The notes beneath the pieces are model-generated. The model was not told the origin of the DNA. It did no database searches and worked only from the letters and a program-made list of their open reading frames with translations. From NCBI GenBank assembly GCA_050015255.1, contig JBEKBT010000002.1, positions 13,545 to 77,544 of the forward strand: a DNA stretch of 64,000 bases, read 5' to 3'. Both the position numbers and the translations under genes were made by a program. Below are positions 45,882 through 54,633 of the stretch, piece by piece. This DNA comes from Acidimicrobiales bacterium. Lineage in GTDB: Bacteria > Actinomycetota > Acidimicrobiia > Acidimicrobiales > Bog-793. Every line of letters begins with the position of its first letter. Position 1 is the first letter of the stretch.

Positions 45882-46717
45882 GCGACACCGCTCCTTTCAC
45901 CGTCATCGGGCGGTTTCCCAGCGGTCTCGGCGTGCGCAGCGGACCGTTCCTGACCAGGCCGTTCGCTGCCCGAGTCCCCACCGGGCTCGGCGTTCGCACC
46001 AGGCCCCTCGGCCAAGGGCTCGACGAGCTCGGGCCCTTCCTCGCGTGCGTCGTTGACCCGGGTCGACACCAGGAACGCCTCCAGAGCCGAGGGTGGAGCG
46101 GGACGGATCAGGCGGTCGAGCTCGCCGGATGAGAGCGGGTCGGGGGAAAGCCATTCCTCGAGGTCTTCTTCGGTGATCAGCACCGGCATGCGGTCATGGA
46201 CAGGGCCGACGACGTCGTTCGCGTCGGTGGTGAGGATCGTGCAGGTCCGCAGCGGTGGCGCGGACTGATCGTGGCGAGGCCGCCACTGGTCCCAGAGGCC
46301 GCCCAGCAGGAGCAACCCTGAGCCTGGCGCCGTGAAGCACCAGGGCTGCTTGCGACGAACCGGATCGCTTCGTGAAGCCGGGGCCCACTCAAAGAAGGCG
46401 TCCGCAGGAACGACGCAGCGTTGTTTTTCGATCGGGCCCCGGAACATGGGCTTGTCGCGGACGGTCTCCGCCTTCGCATTGAAAGCGCGTCCCCCGATCG
46501 AGGGATCCTTCGCCCACCAGGGGACGAGGCCCCAACGGAAGGCCGAGAGGCGTCTGTGCCCAGGCTCGGGGCGCGGCTCGGTCACGGCGAGCACCGTCGC
46601 CTGTGGTGCGACGTTCCAGCGCGGGAGAGAGAGCTCGGGGGGCACGTCCACCTCGTCCACCTCGAGCAGCCGGGCGATCTCCCTGACGGGGCGGCTGGCG
46701 ACGAAACGACCACACAT
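45869..46717 (-). CDS. SOS response-associated peptidase (SRAP/YedK family)
   Basis: 282 aa. MCGRF N-terminal catalytic Cys2, RWNVAPQ, FNAKAETV, FFEW. The 3' end overlaps the dxs 3' end by 13 nt. Confidence 0.9.
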   Translation of the reverse strand: MCGRFVASRPVREIARLLEVDEVDVPPELSLPRWNVAPQATVLAVTEPRPEPGHRRLSAFRWGLVPWWAKDPSIGGRAFNAKAETVRDKPMFRGPIEKQRCVVPADAFFEWAPASRSDPVRRKQPWCFTAPGSGLLLLGGLWDQWRPRHDQSAPPLRTCTILTTDANDVVGPVHDRMPVLITEEDLEEWLSPDPLSSGELDRLIRPAPPSALEAFLVSTRVNDAREEGPELVEPLAEGPGANAEPGGDSGSERPGQERSAAHAETAGKPPDDGERSGVAQRF

Positions 46718-46777
46718 CGGCTCGGACGCTATCGGCCCGACGATACGGCCGCCGCCTGGCGGCGGGAGTTTGCAGCC

Positions 46778-47680
46778 TCACCCGAGAGCGTGAGAGACGG
46801 GGTCGACCGCGCAGGCCTCGGCGACGTCCTCCGCACAGGGCTCGCATTCCATCTCCAGAGTCGTGTGGGCGACGTGGAAGCGTTCTGCGAGTGAGCTTTT
46901 CACCCGCTCCCCGATGACTTGTGCCTCTTCGAGGGTCGGATGCCCATCGAGCACGACGTGGGCCGAGAGCGCCCTGAAGTCGCTCGAGAGGCTCCAGCAG
47001 TGGAGGTCGTGGACGGCGGTCACTCCCGGGACGGCCGAGACGGCCGAAGCGAGGGCTGCCACGTCGAGGTCGGGTGGGGTCGACTCGAGCAGCACGTCCA
47101 GGCTCGCCCGAACGAGCCGCCAGGCCTCGGCGCCGATGAGCAGCGTGATGAGCAGTGCCACGGCCGGGTCGATCGCCTCGAAACGTCCCGTCGTGAGGAT
47201 CACCGTCCCCGCCACGACCACGCCGAGGGCGGCACCGGCATCACCGGTGAAATGCAGGGCCACGGCCCGGAAGTTGAGGTCGCGCGTGTGCTCTCGCAGA
47301 ACAAGGGCCGCGCCCGCGTTGCCGACGAGGCCGGCGGCGGCGAAGATCACCACGAGCCCGCCTTGGGTGTGGGCCGGGTGGGCGAGCCGGTAGGCAGCAA
47401 GCACGACCACGCCGAGGCCTACGAGAACGATCGCAGTCGCGTTCGCGAGCGCAGCGATGATCGTCGCCCGGTGGTACCCGAACGACCGCGCCGCTGTCGC
47501 AGGTCTGAGGGCGAGCCGGGTGGCGACGAGGGCGAGCCCCAGGGCGGCGGCATCTGCCAGGTCGTGGCCCGCGGTCGCCACGAGACCGGTCGAATGGGCG
47601 AACGCCCCTCCGGCGACCTCGACTGCCACCAGGACAAGGTCGACGATGAGAGCCAGCACAAGCCGGCGCGATCGCGACAT
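46778..47680 (-). CDS. cation diffusion facilitator family transporter
   Basis: Track ORF 46778..47761; likely start is ATG 47680 (MSRSRRLVLALIVDLVLVAVEVAGG...). HDLADAAALGLALVA, FGYHRATIIAALANA, and a C-terminal domain with VHDLHCWSL. Confidence 0.9.
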   Translation of the reverse strand: MSRSRRLVLALIVDLVLVAVEVAGGAFAHSTGLVATAGHDLADAAALGLALVATRLALRPATAARSFGYHRATIIAALANATAIVLVGLGVVVLAAYRLAHPAHTQGGLVVIFAAAGLVGNAGAALVLREHTRDLNFRAVALHFTGDAGAALGVVVAGTVILTTGRFEAIDPAVALLITLLIGAEAWRLVRASLDVLLESTPPDLDVAALASAVSAVPGVTAVHDLHCWSLSSDFRALSAHVVLDGHPTLEEAQVIGERVKSSLAERFHVAHTTLEMECEPCAEDVAEACAVDPVSHALG

Positions 47681-47688
47681 CGGACGGC

Positions 47689-48528
47689 TCAGCCGGTCGG
47701 CCCCTCGGCGATGAGCGAGCGGACGAGCGGTAGGTCGTCCGGGTGGGTGAGCCCGATGCAACGGCTGTTCGAGGGGACGACTCGGATACGGGCCCGCCCT
47801 TCAGCCACGGCCTTGCCGACGACCTCGGGCAGGAGGAGCTCGGGCGGCTTGCCCTCCTCGTGTGGGGCGGTGTCGGGATCGAACGCGTCGAGCCCGTCAT
47901 CGATCTCATCGAGCATCGATTCCGAGAAACCCCAGAGGTTCATGCTCACTTGCTCTTCCCCGCTCATGTGCTGCGTGCTTCCGGCGCCCCCCGCGATCGG
48001 GGAGCCTTCGAAGGTCCCGTCACCAAGGCGCCGCACCTTTCTTTCCACGATGCGATTCAGGTAGTCGTCGGCCTCGATCTGACAAAGCCCACGGGTGACG
48101 GTGTCGTCGGTGATGACCGTGTCCTTGAGGTGGTAGCCGACGAGTACGTGCTCGCCCGGGTTGCCCTTGCGGAGCTGATCTGCGAGCGTCGCCATCGCCT
48201 GCTTGCCGTAGAGGTCGTCCGCGTTGGCGACGCCGAAGGGCCCGTCGACGAAGGGCCGGGCGGACTCCACCGCTTGCGCGGTGCCTGCGATCGGTCCTTG
48301 GACGACAGGCACGACGGGCAGATCGGCCGGCCAGGAGGACCTTACATGGCTGAGCAGCTCGTCTTGGATCTCCTCGCGTACGATGAGGATGACGCCGTCG
48401 AAACCGGCGGCGAGGGCGTCGCGGGCCGTGTAGTCCATGAGCGTCTCGCCCTCCGGCCCGACAGGGACGAGCTGTTTCAGACCGCCGAAGCGGCGACCGA
48501 AGCCTGCTGCGAGCACGACGAGCTGCAT
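47689..48528 (-). CDS. sugar-phosphate nucleotidyltransferase family protein
   Basis: 279 aa. MQLVVLAAGFGRRFGGLKQL (the G-x-G-t-R-x NTP-transferase loop). The substrate cannot be called. Confidence 0.8.
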   Translation of the reverse strand: MQLVVLAAGFGRRFGGLKQLVPVGPEGETLMDYTARDALAAGFDGVILIVREEIQDELLSHVRSSWPADLPVVPVVQGPIAGTAQAVESARPFVDGPFGVANADDLYGKQAMATLADQLRKGNPGEHVLVGYHLKDTVITDDTVTRGLCQIEADDYLNRIVERKVRRLGDGTFEGSPIAGGAGSTQHMSGEEQVSMNLWGFSESMLDEIDDGLDAFDPDTAPHEEGKPPELLLPEVVGKAVAEGRARIRVVPSNSRCIGLTHPDDLPLVRSLIAEGPTG

Positions 48529-48600
48529 GATTGAAGCCTACGACCTCTTAACATCGGTGTGGGTCGACAAGCCCGAGAGACACGCGAGAGGAGGCGGTCG

Positions 48601-49014
48601 GTGCAGGACGATTCAACGAGGACAGCTGCGACTCCTCCTGGGGCGGGGCCAGCGGTCCCCGCGGCGGTCGATGTGTCCACCAGGTCCTCTGGCGATCCGA
48701 TGGATGAAGCCGAGCGCAATCGGCGCAAGGAAGCGCTCGATGATCTGCTCGATCTCATGCGCCCTGCCGTCCAGGCCGACGGGGGGGACCTCGCCGTCGT
48801 CGAGGTCGACTACGACACCGGAGTCGTCGAAGTGCAACTTCAGGGTGCCTGCGGCTCTTGCGCCATCTCCGCGGTGACATTGCAGGGAGGCGTCGAGCGC
48901 CTCTTGAAAGAGCGCCTGCCTTGGATCACCGAGGTCAGAGGCGGCGTCGACGAGTCAGTTGATCCCTTTGAGAGCGCCGCCATGGGCCGCGGGGGTTATA
49001 TGCCTCGCTGGTGA
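48601..49014 (+). CDS. NifU C-terminal domain (Nfu-type) Fe-S scaffold protein
   Basis: Track ORF 48559..49014. GTG 48601 lies 6 nt after AGGAGG. LLDLMRPAVQADGGDLAVVEVDYDTGVVEVQLQGACGSCAISAVTLQGGVERLL contains the CxxC Nfu motif. Confidence 0.8.
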   Translation: MQDDSTRTAATPPGAGPAVPAAVDVSTRSSGDPMDEAERNRRKEALDDLLDLMRPAVQADGGDLAVVEVDYDTGVVEVQLQGACGSCAISAVTLQGGVERLLKERLPWITEVRGGVDESVDPFESAAMGRGGYMPRW

Positions 49015-49105
49015 GGACCCAAGCCGGCGAGCCGCTCACCAGCGACCCGTCAGCAGCGAGGCGTCAGCCCGCGCTGGTGAAGGTCCAAGCCGGCGCCACG
49101 CTCAG
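49006..49105. repeat. imperfect direct duplication (~34 nt copies, 66-nt period) bridging two convergent stop codons
   Basis: cgctggTGAggacccaagccggcgagccgctcac (49006-49039) versus cgctggtgaaggtccaagccggcgccacgcTCAg (49072-49105), about 28/34 identical. Copy 1 holds the Nfu stop. Copy 2 holds the complement of the AKR stop. Confidence 0.8.
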
Positions 49106-50151
49106 CCGGCGGCACGTGTCTCGGGCGGCCGCCGGCGCCGCCAGGCCTGGGTAACCGATTCGCTCTGCCACCCGGCATCGGCGGGATTGATCGTGACCCC
49201 CGGCGGGACGATCTCGTCGAGACGGTCGAGGGTGGCGTCGTCCAAGGTGACCTCCGAGCCTGAGAGCAGGTCCTCTAGCTGGTCCATCGTCCTCGGCCCG
49301 ATGATGGCGGCGGTCACGGCCGGATGCGTGACCACAAAGGCCAGGGCGAGGTGTCTGAGCGGCACCCCGGCTTCGTCGGCCACGGCTTCGAGCTTTTCGA
49401 CGAGGTCCAACTTCTGCTGGTTCGCGGGCAGGCTCGGATCGAAACGCTGCGGGATCCGCGACGCACGTCCCGTGGTCATGTCGACCTCCTTGCCGTGCCG
49501 GTACTTGCCGGTCAGCCAACCGCCTGCGAGCGGGCTCCAGGCGATGACGCCCATGCCGTAGCGTTCGCAGACCGGCAGCACTCCTGCTTCGATCCCGCGG
49601 GCGAATAGCGAGTACGGCGGCTGCTCGCACCGGAATCGCTCGAGGGAGCGCCTCTCGGCCGCCCAGTGCGCCTCGACGATCAGCTCGGCTGGGAACGTCG
49701 AGCAACCGATGGCGCGGACCTTGCCCTCGCGGACGAGGTCGGTCAGCACCGACAAGGTCTCTTCTATGTCCGTACGGGGATCAGGGCGGTGGATCTGGTA
49801 CAGGTCGATCCGGTCGGTGCCGAGTCGCCGCAAGCTCTGCTCGACCTCATAGCGGATCCAGCGACGCGAGTTGCCTGAGCGGTTGTGGCCGGGGCCCATG
49901 TTGCTGTGGACCTTCGTGGCGAGCACGACGTCGTCGCGCCGTCCCTTCAAGGCCTTGCCGACGATCTCCTCGGACTCGCCGGCGGAGTACACGTCTGCTG
50001 TGTCTATGAAGTTGATGCCCGCATCGAGCGCGGCGTGCACGATGCGCACCCCCTCATCGTGGTCCGGGTTGCCCCATTGGCCGAGCATCATGGCGCCGAG
50101 GCAGTAGGGACTTACCTCGATGCCGGTTCCTCCGAGTGTTCGATAGCGCAT
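49102..50151 (-). CDS. aldo/keto reductase
   Basis: Track ORF 49102..50160; ATG 50151 gives MRYRTLGGTGIEVSPYCLGAMMLG. DTADVYSAGESEEIVGKAL, and IIGPRTMDQLEDLL near the C-terminus. Confidence 0.9.
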   Translation of the reverse strand: MRYRTLGGTGIEVSPYCLGAMMLGQWGNPDHDEGVRIVHAALDAGINFIDTADVYSAGESEEIVGKALKGRRDDVVLATKVHSNMGPGHNRSGNSRRWIRYEVEQSLRRLGTDRIDLYQIHRPDPRTDIEETLSVLTDLVREGKVRAIGCSTFPAELIVEAHWAAERRSLERFRCEQPPYSLFARGIEAGVLPVCERYGMGVIAWSPLAGGWLTGKYRHGKEVDMTTGRASRIPQRFDPSLPANQQKLDLVEKLEAVADEAGVPLRHLALAFVVTHPAVTAAIIGPRTMDQLEDLLSGSEVTLDDATLDRLDEIVPPGVTINPADAGWQSESVTQAWRRRRPPETRAAG

Positions 50152-50161
50152 GGCAGCCAAC

Positions 50162-51073
50162 TTAGGGTCCTGACGCGTGCCTCGGTGACACGGCGAAGTA
50201 GTCCTCCGTCCCTGTGACGTCGAACCCGCAGCTCAGATAGAGGCCGAGGGCGCTGTCGTTGGTGCACGAGACTTCGAGCCCCACCCTGGTCAGGCCTTCG
50301 GCGACGAGGTCCCGGGAGAGACCTGACAGCACCTGTCGGCCGATCCCGCGGCCCTGGAACTGCGGCGAGACCGCGAACCCGTAGATGTCTGCCGCGTCGT
50401 CGCTGCGTTCGACACGAACCGTCCCGACCAGCTCGTCTGAACGCTCGATGACGAGGGTCCCCGGGAAATGCTCGACGAGCGCCTCTATGTCGTCGGTCTT
50501 CAGTTGCTCGACGGGGAGGCCGAAGGCCTCCCCCAGGCATGCGACGACGAAGGCGACGTCGCCCCGCTCGGCCTGGCGCACCTTGACGAGCGGGTCGGGA
50601 ACGAAAGCGGCAGGTTCGCGCCGCAGCACCATGCGGTGCTCGGAATGCTCGAGCTCACCCCCGACCGACTGGGCAAAGGCTGTCCCGGCTGCGTAGAGCC
50701 GGTCCACGACCAAGAGTGCCTGCGGCGCGCCCCGGTTGTCCACCTCGGCGATCGCGGCCTCGAACAGCCGGGAGAAGACGCCCTGGCGACGGTGGGCGGG
50801 ATGGACCATCCCGCAGATCTCGAGCTGGTCCGACCGGAAGCCGTAGAGGCCGAGAAAACCGACGAGGCCACCGGGCCCGACCCACAAGAAGTCGTTGACC
50901 TGTTCGGGCGGTCTTGTCTGAAGGGTTCGTCGCTCGAGCTTGAGACGCCCACCGTCCGCTGCGATGCAGGTCGAGGCAAGCTTGTCGATCTCGCGAAGAT
51001 GCTCCGGCGAGAGCCCCGGCTCCGCCAGGAGCTGCCCTGGAGGCTTTCTTCGCTCGTCGCCGGGGGGAGCCAC
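50162..51073 (-). CDS. tandem-GNAT N-acetyltransferase (MshD-like architecture)
   Basis: 303 aa. Two acetyl-CoA motifs: HPAHRRQGVFSRLFEAA and VSPQFQGRGIGRQVLSGL. The identity as mycothiol synthase is not established. Confidence 0.8.
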   Translation of the reverse strand: MAPPGDERRKPPGQLLAEPGLSPEHLREIDKLASTCIAADGGRLKLERRTLQTRPPEQVNDFLWVGPGGLVGFLGLYGFRSDQLEICGMVHPAHRRQGVFSRLFEAAIAEVDNRGAPQALLVVDRLYAAGTAFAQSVGGELEHSEHRMVLRREPAAFVPDPLVKVRQAERGDVAFVVACLGEAFGLPVEQLKTDDIEALVEHFPGTLVIERSDELVGTVRVERSDDAADIYGFAVSPQFQGRGIGRQVLSGLSRDLVAEGLTRVGLEVSCTNDSALGLYLSCGFDVTGTEDYFAVSPRHASGP

Positions 51074-51145
51074 CTGGGGGAGGTTAGCCCGCCGGGGTCC
51101 TGGCCGAGAGTCCGCGGAGACCCTGCGCCTGGGCCTGAGCCGGCG

Positions 51146-52882
51146 TCAATGAGCCGTGCCGAGCTGCACCGCCTTGACGATGAGCAGGAGCACGGCCGCG
51201 ACCAGGTAGAGGCGGAGGATCCACATCGCCGAGGTGCGCCCACGCGACCAGACGGGTCGCTCGAGGAGGGCGAGCGGTGGCATCCGCCAGGTCTCGCGCC
51301 GTACAGGGTGCTGGGAGGCAGCGGCCGCGGCAAGGCGGGCGGTGGCCTGGCGACGAGCGCGCTGGGCCGGCAGGACCGACCAGAATCCCACACCCAAGAA
51401 CCCTGCCGCGATGATGGCACCCAGGACCAGGGCGAACGTGACGACCTGAAGACTCGGGAAGACCGTCGTCGCCATCAGTATCAGAGAAAGGGCCAGCAGC
51501 ACGGCCACGATGAAGCCGGCCAGCACGTTCAGCCACGGGCGGTTGACCCAGGGCCCGAGGACTTCCTTGTCGTTGCAGAGCAAGAGCAAGAACACCGTCG
51601 CACTGGGCAGAAGCACCCCCGCCAGAGCTTGCACCGAAGTCGTGATCAGCCCCAACGGCGCCCGCGGTATCAGCACGATTGCCGCCGCGCAGATCACCAG
51701 CGAGCTGAACAGGATGTAGAACTGCTTCGCCTCGGCGAAGCTTCGGTGGAGAGAATGGTGGAGCCCGAACACGTCACCGAAGGCGTACGAGGTGGACAAG
51801 GTCACGGCGGCGGCTCCGATTATCGAGGCGTTGAGCAGCACGAGCGCGAACAGCGGCCCCGTGCCGTGCCCGACGACGTGCTCGAGAGCGCGGGCGACCT
51901 GCTCCGCGTTCACGAAGTGACCGGCGAAGGCGGTGCCCCGGAAGGCGAAGGCCGGGGTGACGACGAGCGCCGTGGCCGCGATCACTACGACGAGGGAGCC
52001 GATGACGGTGTCGGCACGCTCGTAGTTGATCCAGCGAGGCGTGATCCGCTTGTCGACGATGTTGGACTGCTGGAAGAAAAGCTGCCAGGGCGCCACTGTC
52101 GTTCCGACGATGGCGATGATCAGGAGCACAGCCGTCGACGACATACCGCCCTGGGCGCCCGGTACCAGGAAGCCGTGCAGTACAGGGCCGGCGTGGGGGT
52201 GGACCAGGATCACGAGCGGGATCACGAGGAAGTTCATCGCCACGAAGATGAACATGAAGCGTTCCCAGCGGCGGAAGCTGCCCGAGGCGGTTATGGCGAT
52301 CAGGCCGATCGCTGCGATCGGGACCGAGATGTAGGGGGAGATGCCGAAGTAGCCGAGGGCGAGGCCCACGCCGATGAACTCGGTGACGATCGTGAGGAAG
52401 TTCAAGATGAACAGGTCGCCGACGGAGAATGCCCCCCAGAACTTTCCGAATCGCTCGTTGATCAGCCTGGCATGGCCGACGCCTGTCACCGCTCCGAGGC
52501 GCACGACCATCTCCTGGTTGACGATGAGGACAGGGATGAGCAGGGGCAGGGTCCACAGCAGGCTGAGGCCGAAGTTCTGCCCGGCCTGGGCGTATGTGGA
52601 GACGCCCCCGGCGTCGTTGTCGCCCACCATCACGATGAGGCCCGGCCCGATGATGGCGAGCAGCGTGAGGAGCTTTTTCCCCCAGGACCGCCGGGCAGCG
52701 AGGTCGTGCTCGCGGATCGTTCCGAAAGCCCCCTGGATGTCGCCCACGTGCGCGCTGTCGAGGACGGCGCTGGGCGCGTCGAAGTGTCCTTCGGGCTCGG
52801 TTTCGTCGCCGAGGAGGGTGTCGTTCACCTCCTCCTCGTCGCCTGGAAGCAGCTTTTCGACCATGGTGACCTCTCGCGCCAT
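51146..52882 (-). CDS. Nramp/SLC11 family transporter with NRMT-type (Mg2+-like) site substitutions and extra C-terminal helices
   Basis: Track ORF 51146..52930; start is ATG 52882 or 52864. LLAIIGPGLIVMVGDNDAGGVSTYAQAG (TM1), IVNQEMVVRLG, IVGTTVAPWQLFFQQS (TM6). The canonical DPGN and AxxMPH motifs are replaced. Confidence 0.85.
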   Translation of the reverse strand: MAREVTMVEKLLPGDEEEVNDTLLGDETEPEGHFDAPSAVLDSAHVGDIQGAFGTIREHDLAARRSWGKKLLTLLAIIGPGLIVMVGDNDAGGVSTYAQAGQNFGLSLLWTLPLLIPVLIVNQEMVVRLGAVTGVGHARLINERFGKFWGAFSVGDLFILNFLTIVTEFIGVGLALGYFGISPYISVPIAAIGLIAITASGSFRRWERFMFIFVAMNFLVIPLVILVHPHAGPVLHGFLVPGAQGGMSSTAVLLIIAIVGTTVAPWQLFFQQSNIVDKRITPRWINYERADTVIGSLVVVIAATALVVTPAFAFRGTAFAGHFVNAEQVARALEHVVGHGTGPLFALVLLNASIIGAAAVTLSTSYAFGDVFGLHHSLHRSFAEAKQFYILFSSLVICAAAIVLIPRAPLGLITTSVQALAGVLLPSATVFLLLLCNDKEVLGPWVNRPWLNVLAGFIVAVLLALSLILMATTVFPSLQVVTFALVLGAIIAAGFLGVGFWSVLPAQRARRQATARLAAAAASQHPVRRETWRMPPLALLERPVWSRGRTSAMWILRLYLVAAVLLLIVKAVQLGTAH

Positions 52883-53228
52883 CGTTGGCGTAGTGGGTGT
52901 GCGTGGGCGTGATTGGTTGCGCACGCACACCAGAGGTCAAGCAGGCCTCAGCGGAGCAGTCGCTCCTCCTTGGTTGCGCACACGTGAAGTTGGTCCGGTA
53001 ACCAACCGTCGGTACTCAGGGTTGCTCCGTTTCCTGACCCATCGTCAACCTGCCTTTGAGCGAGTGGCGCCGGCGGGTACCGGCTTCAGCCCGGCGATGA
53101 CACCGGGTACACTGCGCCCACCGTCTCCGGAGAAGGCGTGGCTGCTTGCGGGCACAATCCTAGCCGTCTGAGCTCACTTCCGGTCCACTTGCCGGAGGTA
53201 TCCCGGCCCAGCGGGCGAGCCGGCGCTC
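52883..53228 (-). promoter_or_regulatory. long structured 5' leader / intercistronic region upstream of the Nramp homolog (candidate riboswitch)
   Basis: 346 nt without a convincing ORF between two same-strand genes. Perfect 10-bp stem GGUGUGCGUG/CACGCACACC (52896-52931). Duplicated 12-mer GUGCGCAACCAA (52913-52924, 52970-52981). GGAGC-GACU-GCUCC hairpin next to AAGGAGG. Confidence 0.35.
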
Positions 53229-54515
53229 TTACTCGTCGGAGGTGGTCATCCCGAAGTCGCGTCGCCACCCAGTCGGCAGGAGAAGCTCGAGCACGTCGTC
53301 GACGGTGACGACACCGATCATGTGGTGCTCATCGTCGATGACGGGCGCGGCGGCGAGGTTGAAGTCCGACATTCTCCGGACGATGGAGTGCAGGTCGGCG
53401 TCGGGTCTCACCGCCTGAGGGTCGAGGTCGGCCACGTCACCGATGCGCGCCCCCGACGGGCTCTTCAGGAGACGGACGACCGAGGCCGTGCCGGTGAGCC
53501 GGCCCTCCTCGTCCGTGGTGTAGATGACTCCGAGCGCCTCGGGTGCCACCGGGCTTCGGCGGATCTCCTCGAGCGCGTCCGAGACGATGGTGTCGCCGTG
53601 CAGGGAGAGGAATTCGGGGCTCATGAGCCCGCCCGCGGTCTCGGGGTTGTAGCTGAGCAGGGCCCGGACCTTGACCTGGTCCGGCTGGGGCAACGCCTCG
53701 AGGACCGCGAGCCGGCGGTCCTGCTCGAGGTCGGCGATCAGGTCGGCTGCATCGTCTGGTGCCATCGTCGCCAGCAGCCGGGCCGCTTCCTTGTCCGAGC
53801 GCGTGCTCAAGAACTCGAGCTGATGGCCCGTGTCCAGCTCCTCGAAGACGTCCGCCTCGAGCTCGAGGTCCTGACCGACGGCATTGATGATCTCCTCGCC
53901 CTCCTCGTGCGAGGCCGCCTCGACGAGGTCGGCGATCTGGGCGGGGTGGAGGCGGGCGAGCTTGCGGTAGGGGATGCGGAGCATGGCCGTCGGCACGTGG
54001 GCGACGAACGGCTGGATGCTCTCCCAGTCCACGATGGCCTTGGCCGGTATGCGCTTGGCGAGCATGCGCGGGAGCAGCCTGCGCAGGACCGGCCGACTCG
54101 ACGGGTCGACTCCGATGACTTCCAGGGTGCCGTCGACGGCGGCCAGCTCGATCTCGTTCGCCCGGATGAGCCGTGCGCCGACGATGTTGATCAGATGCCT
54201 CGCCGACAGGTCCCTTGCCAAGAGCAGCTCGCCCGGTCGCCGCTCGAAACGGGCCAGATTGAGGGTCTCGCCCTGGAGCTGGACGGAGCCGGGGCTGACG
54301 GTCCCGATGAGCGACATCGGCACGAAGAGCTGCCGGCGGCCGATCGTCGCGACGATCCCGCTCACGGGGGGATGTGCCTGTTCGCCAGGACGCGCGATCA
54401 GGTCCTCGACCCGGCCGATGCGTTCCCCGTCGCCACCGAGCAGCGGGCTGCGGACGATGTCGGAAAGGTGGATGATGTCGGTTGCCATCAGGAGGAGGCC
54501 CAGCGCGATCGGCAC
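53229..54515 (-). CDS. soluble MgtE-N domain + CBS-pair protein with PRC-barrel-like N-terminus (no membrane domain)
   Basis: 428 aa. N-terminal IHLSDIVRSPLLGGDGERIGRVEDLI (PRC-like), an MgtE_N-like helical region (LARLHPAQIADLVEAASHEEGEEIINAV...AARLLATMAPDDAADLIADL), a CBS pair (...IGVVTVDDVLELL), then a stop. No TM helices. Confidence 0.85.
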   Translation of the reverse strand: MPIALGLLLMATDIIHLSDIVRSPLLGGDGERIGRVEDLIARPGEQAHPPVSGIVATIGRRQLFVPMSLIGTVSPGSVQLQGETLNLARFERRPGELLLARDLSARHLINIVGARLIRANEIELAAVDGTLEVIGVDPSSRPVLRRLLPRMLAKRIPAKAIVDWESIQPFVAHVPTAMLRIPYRKLARLHPAQIADLVEAASHEEGEEIINAVGQDLELEADVFEELDTGHQLEFLSTRSDKEAARLLATMAPDDAADLIADLEQDRRLAVLEALPQPDQVKVRALLSYNPETAGGLMSPEFLSLHGDTIVSDALEEIRRSPVAPEALGVIYTTDEEGRLTGTASVVRLLKSPSGARIGDVADLDPQAVRPDADLHSIVRRMSDFNLAAAPVIDDEHHMIGVVTVDDVLELLLPTGWRRDFGMTTSDE

Positions 54516-54633
54516 GCGGCGATCCGCACGGCTCCATAGTAGTGAGAACTTCGCCGGGCTGGAAGGGTTCCGGCGCTCGTCGAGGCGGGCGACCGCTTGC
54601 TTATGGGAGCGGTGCGGGAGAGGCTAGACGGCT

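Noticed and set aside
50468-52912. 814-aa plus-strand ORF
   Set aside because: It is antisense to the GNAT and Nramp genes, both of which have clear family motifs. Its translation is dominated by D/E/R/G/H runs and has no domain signature.
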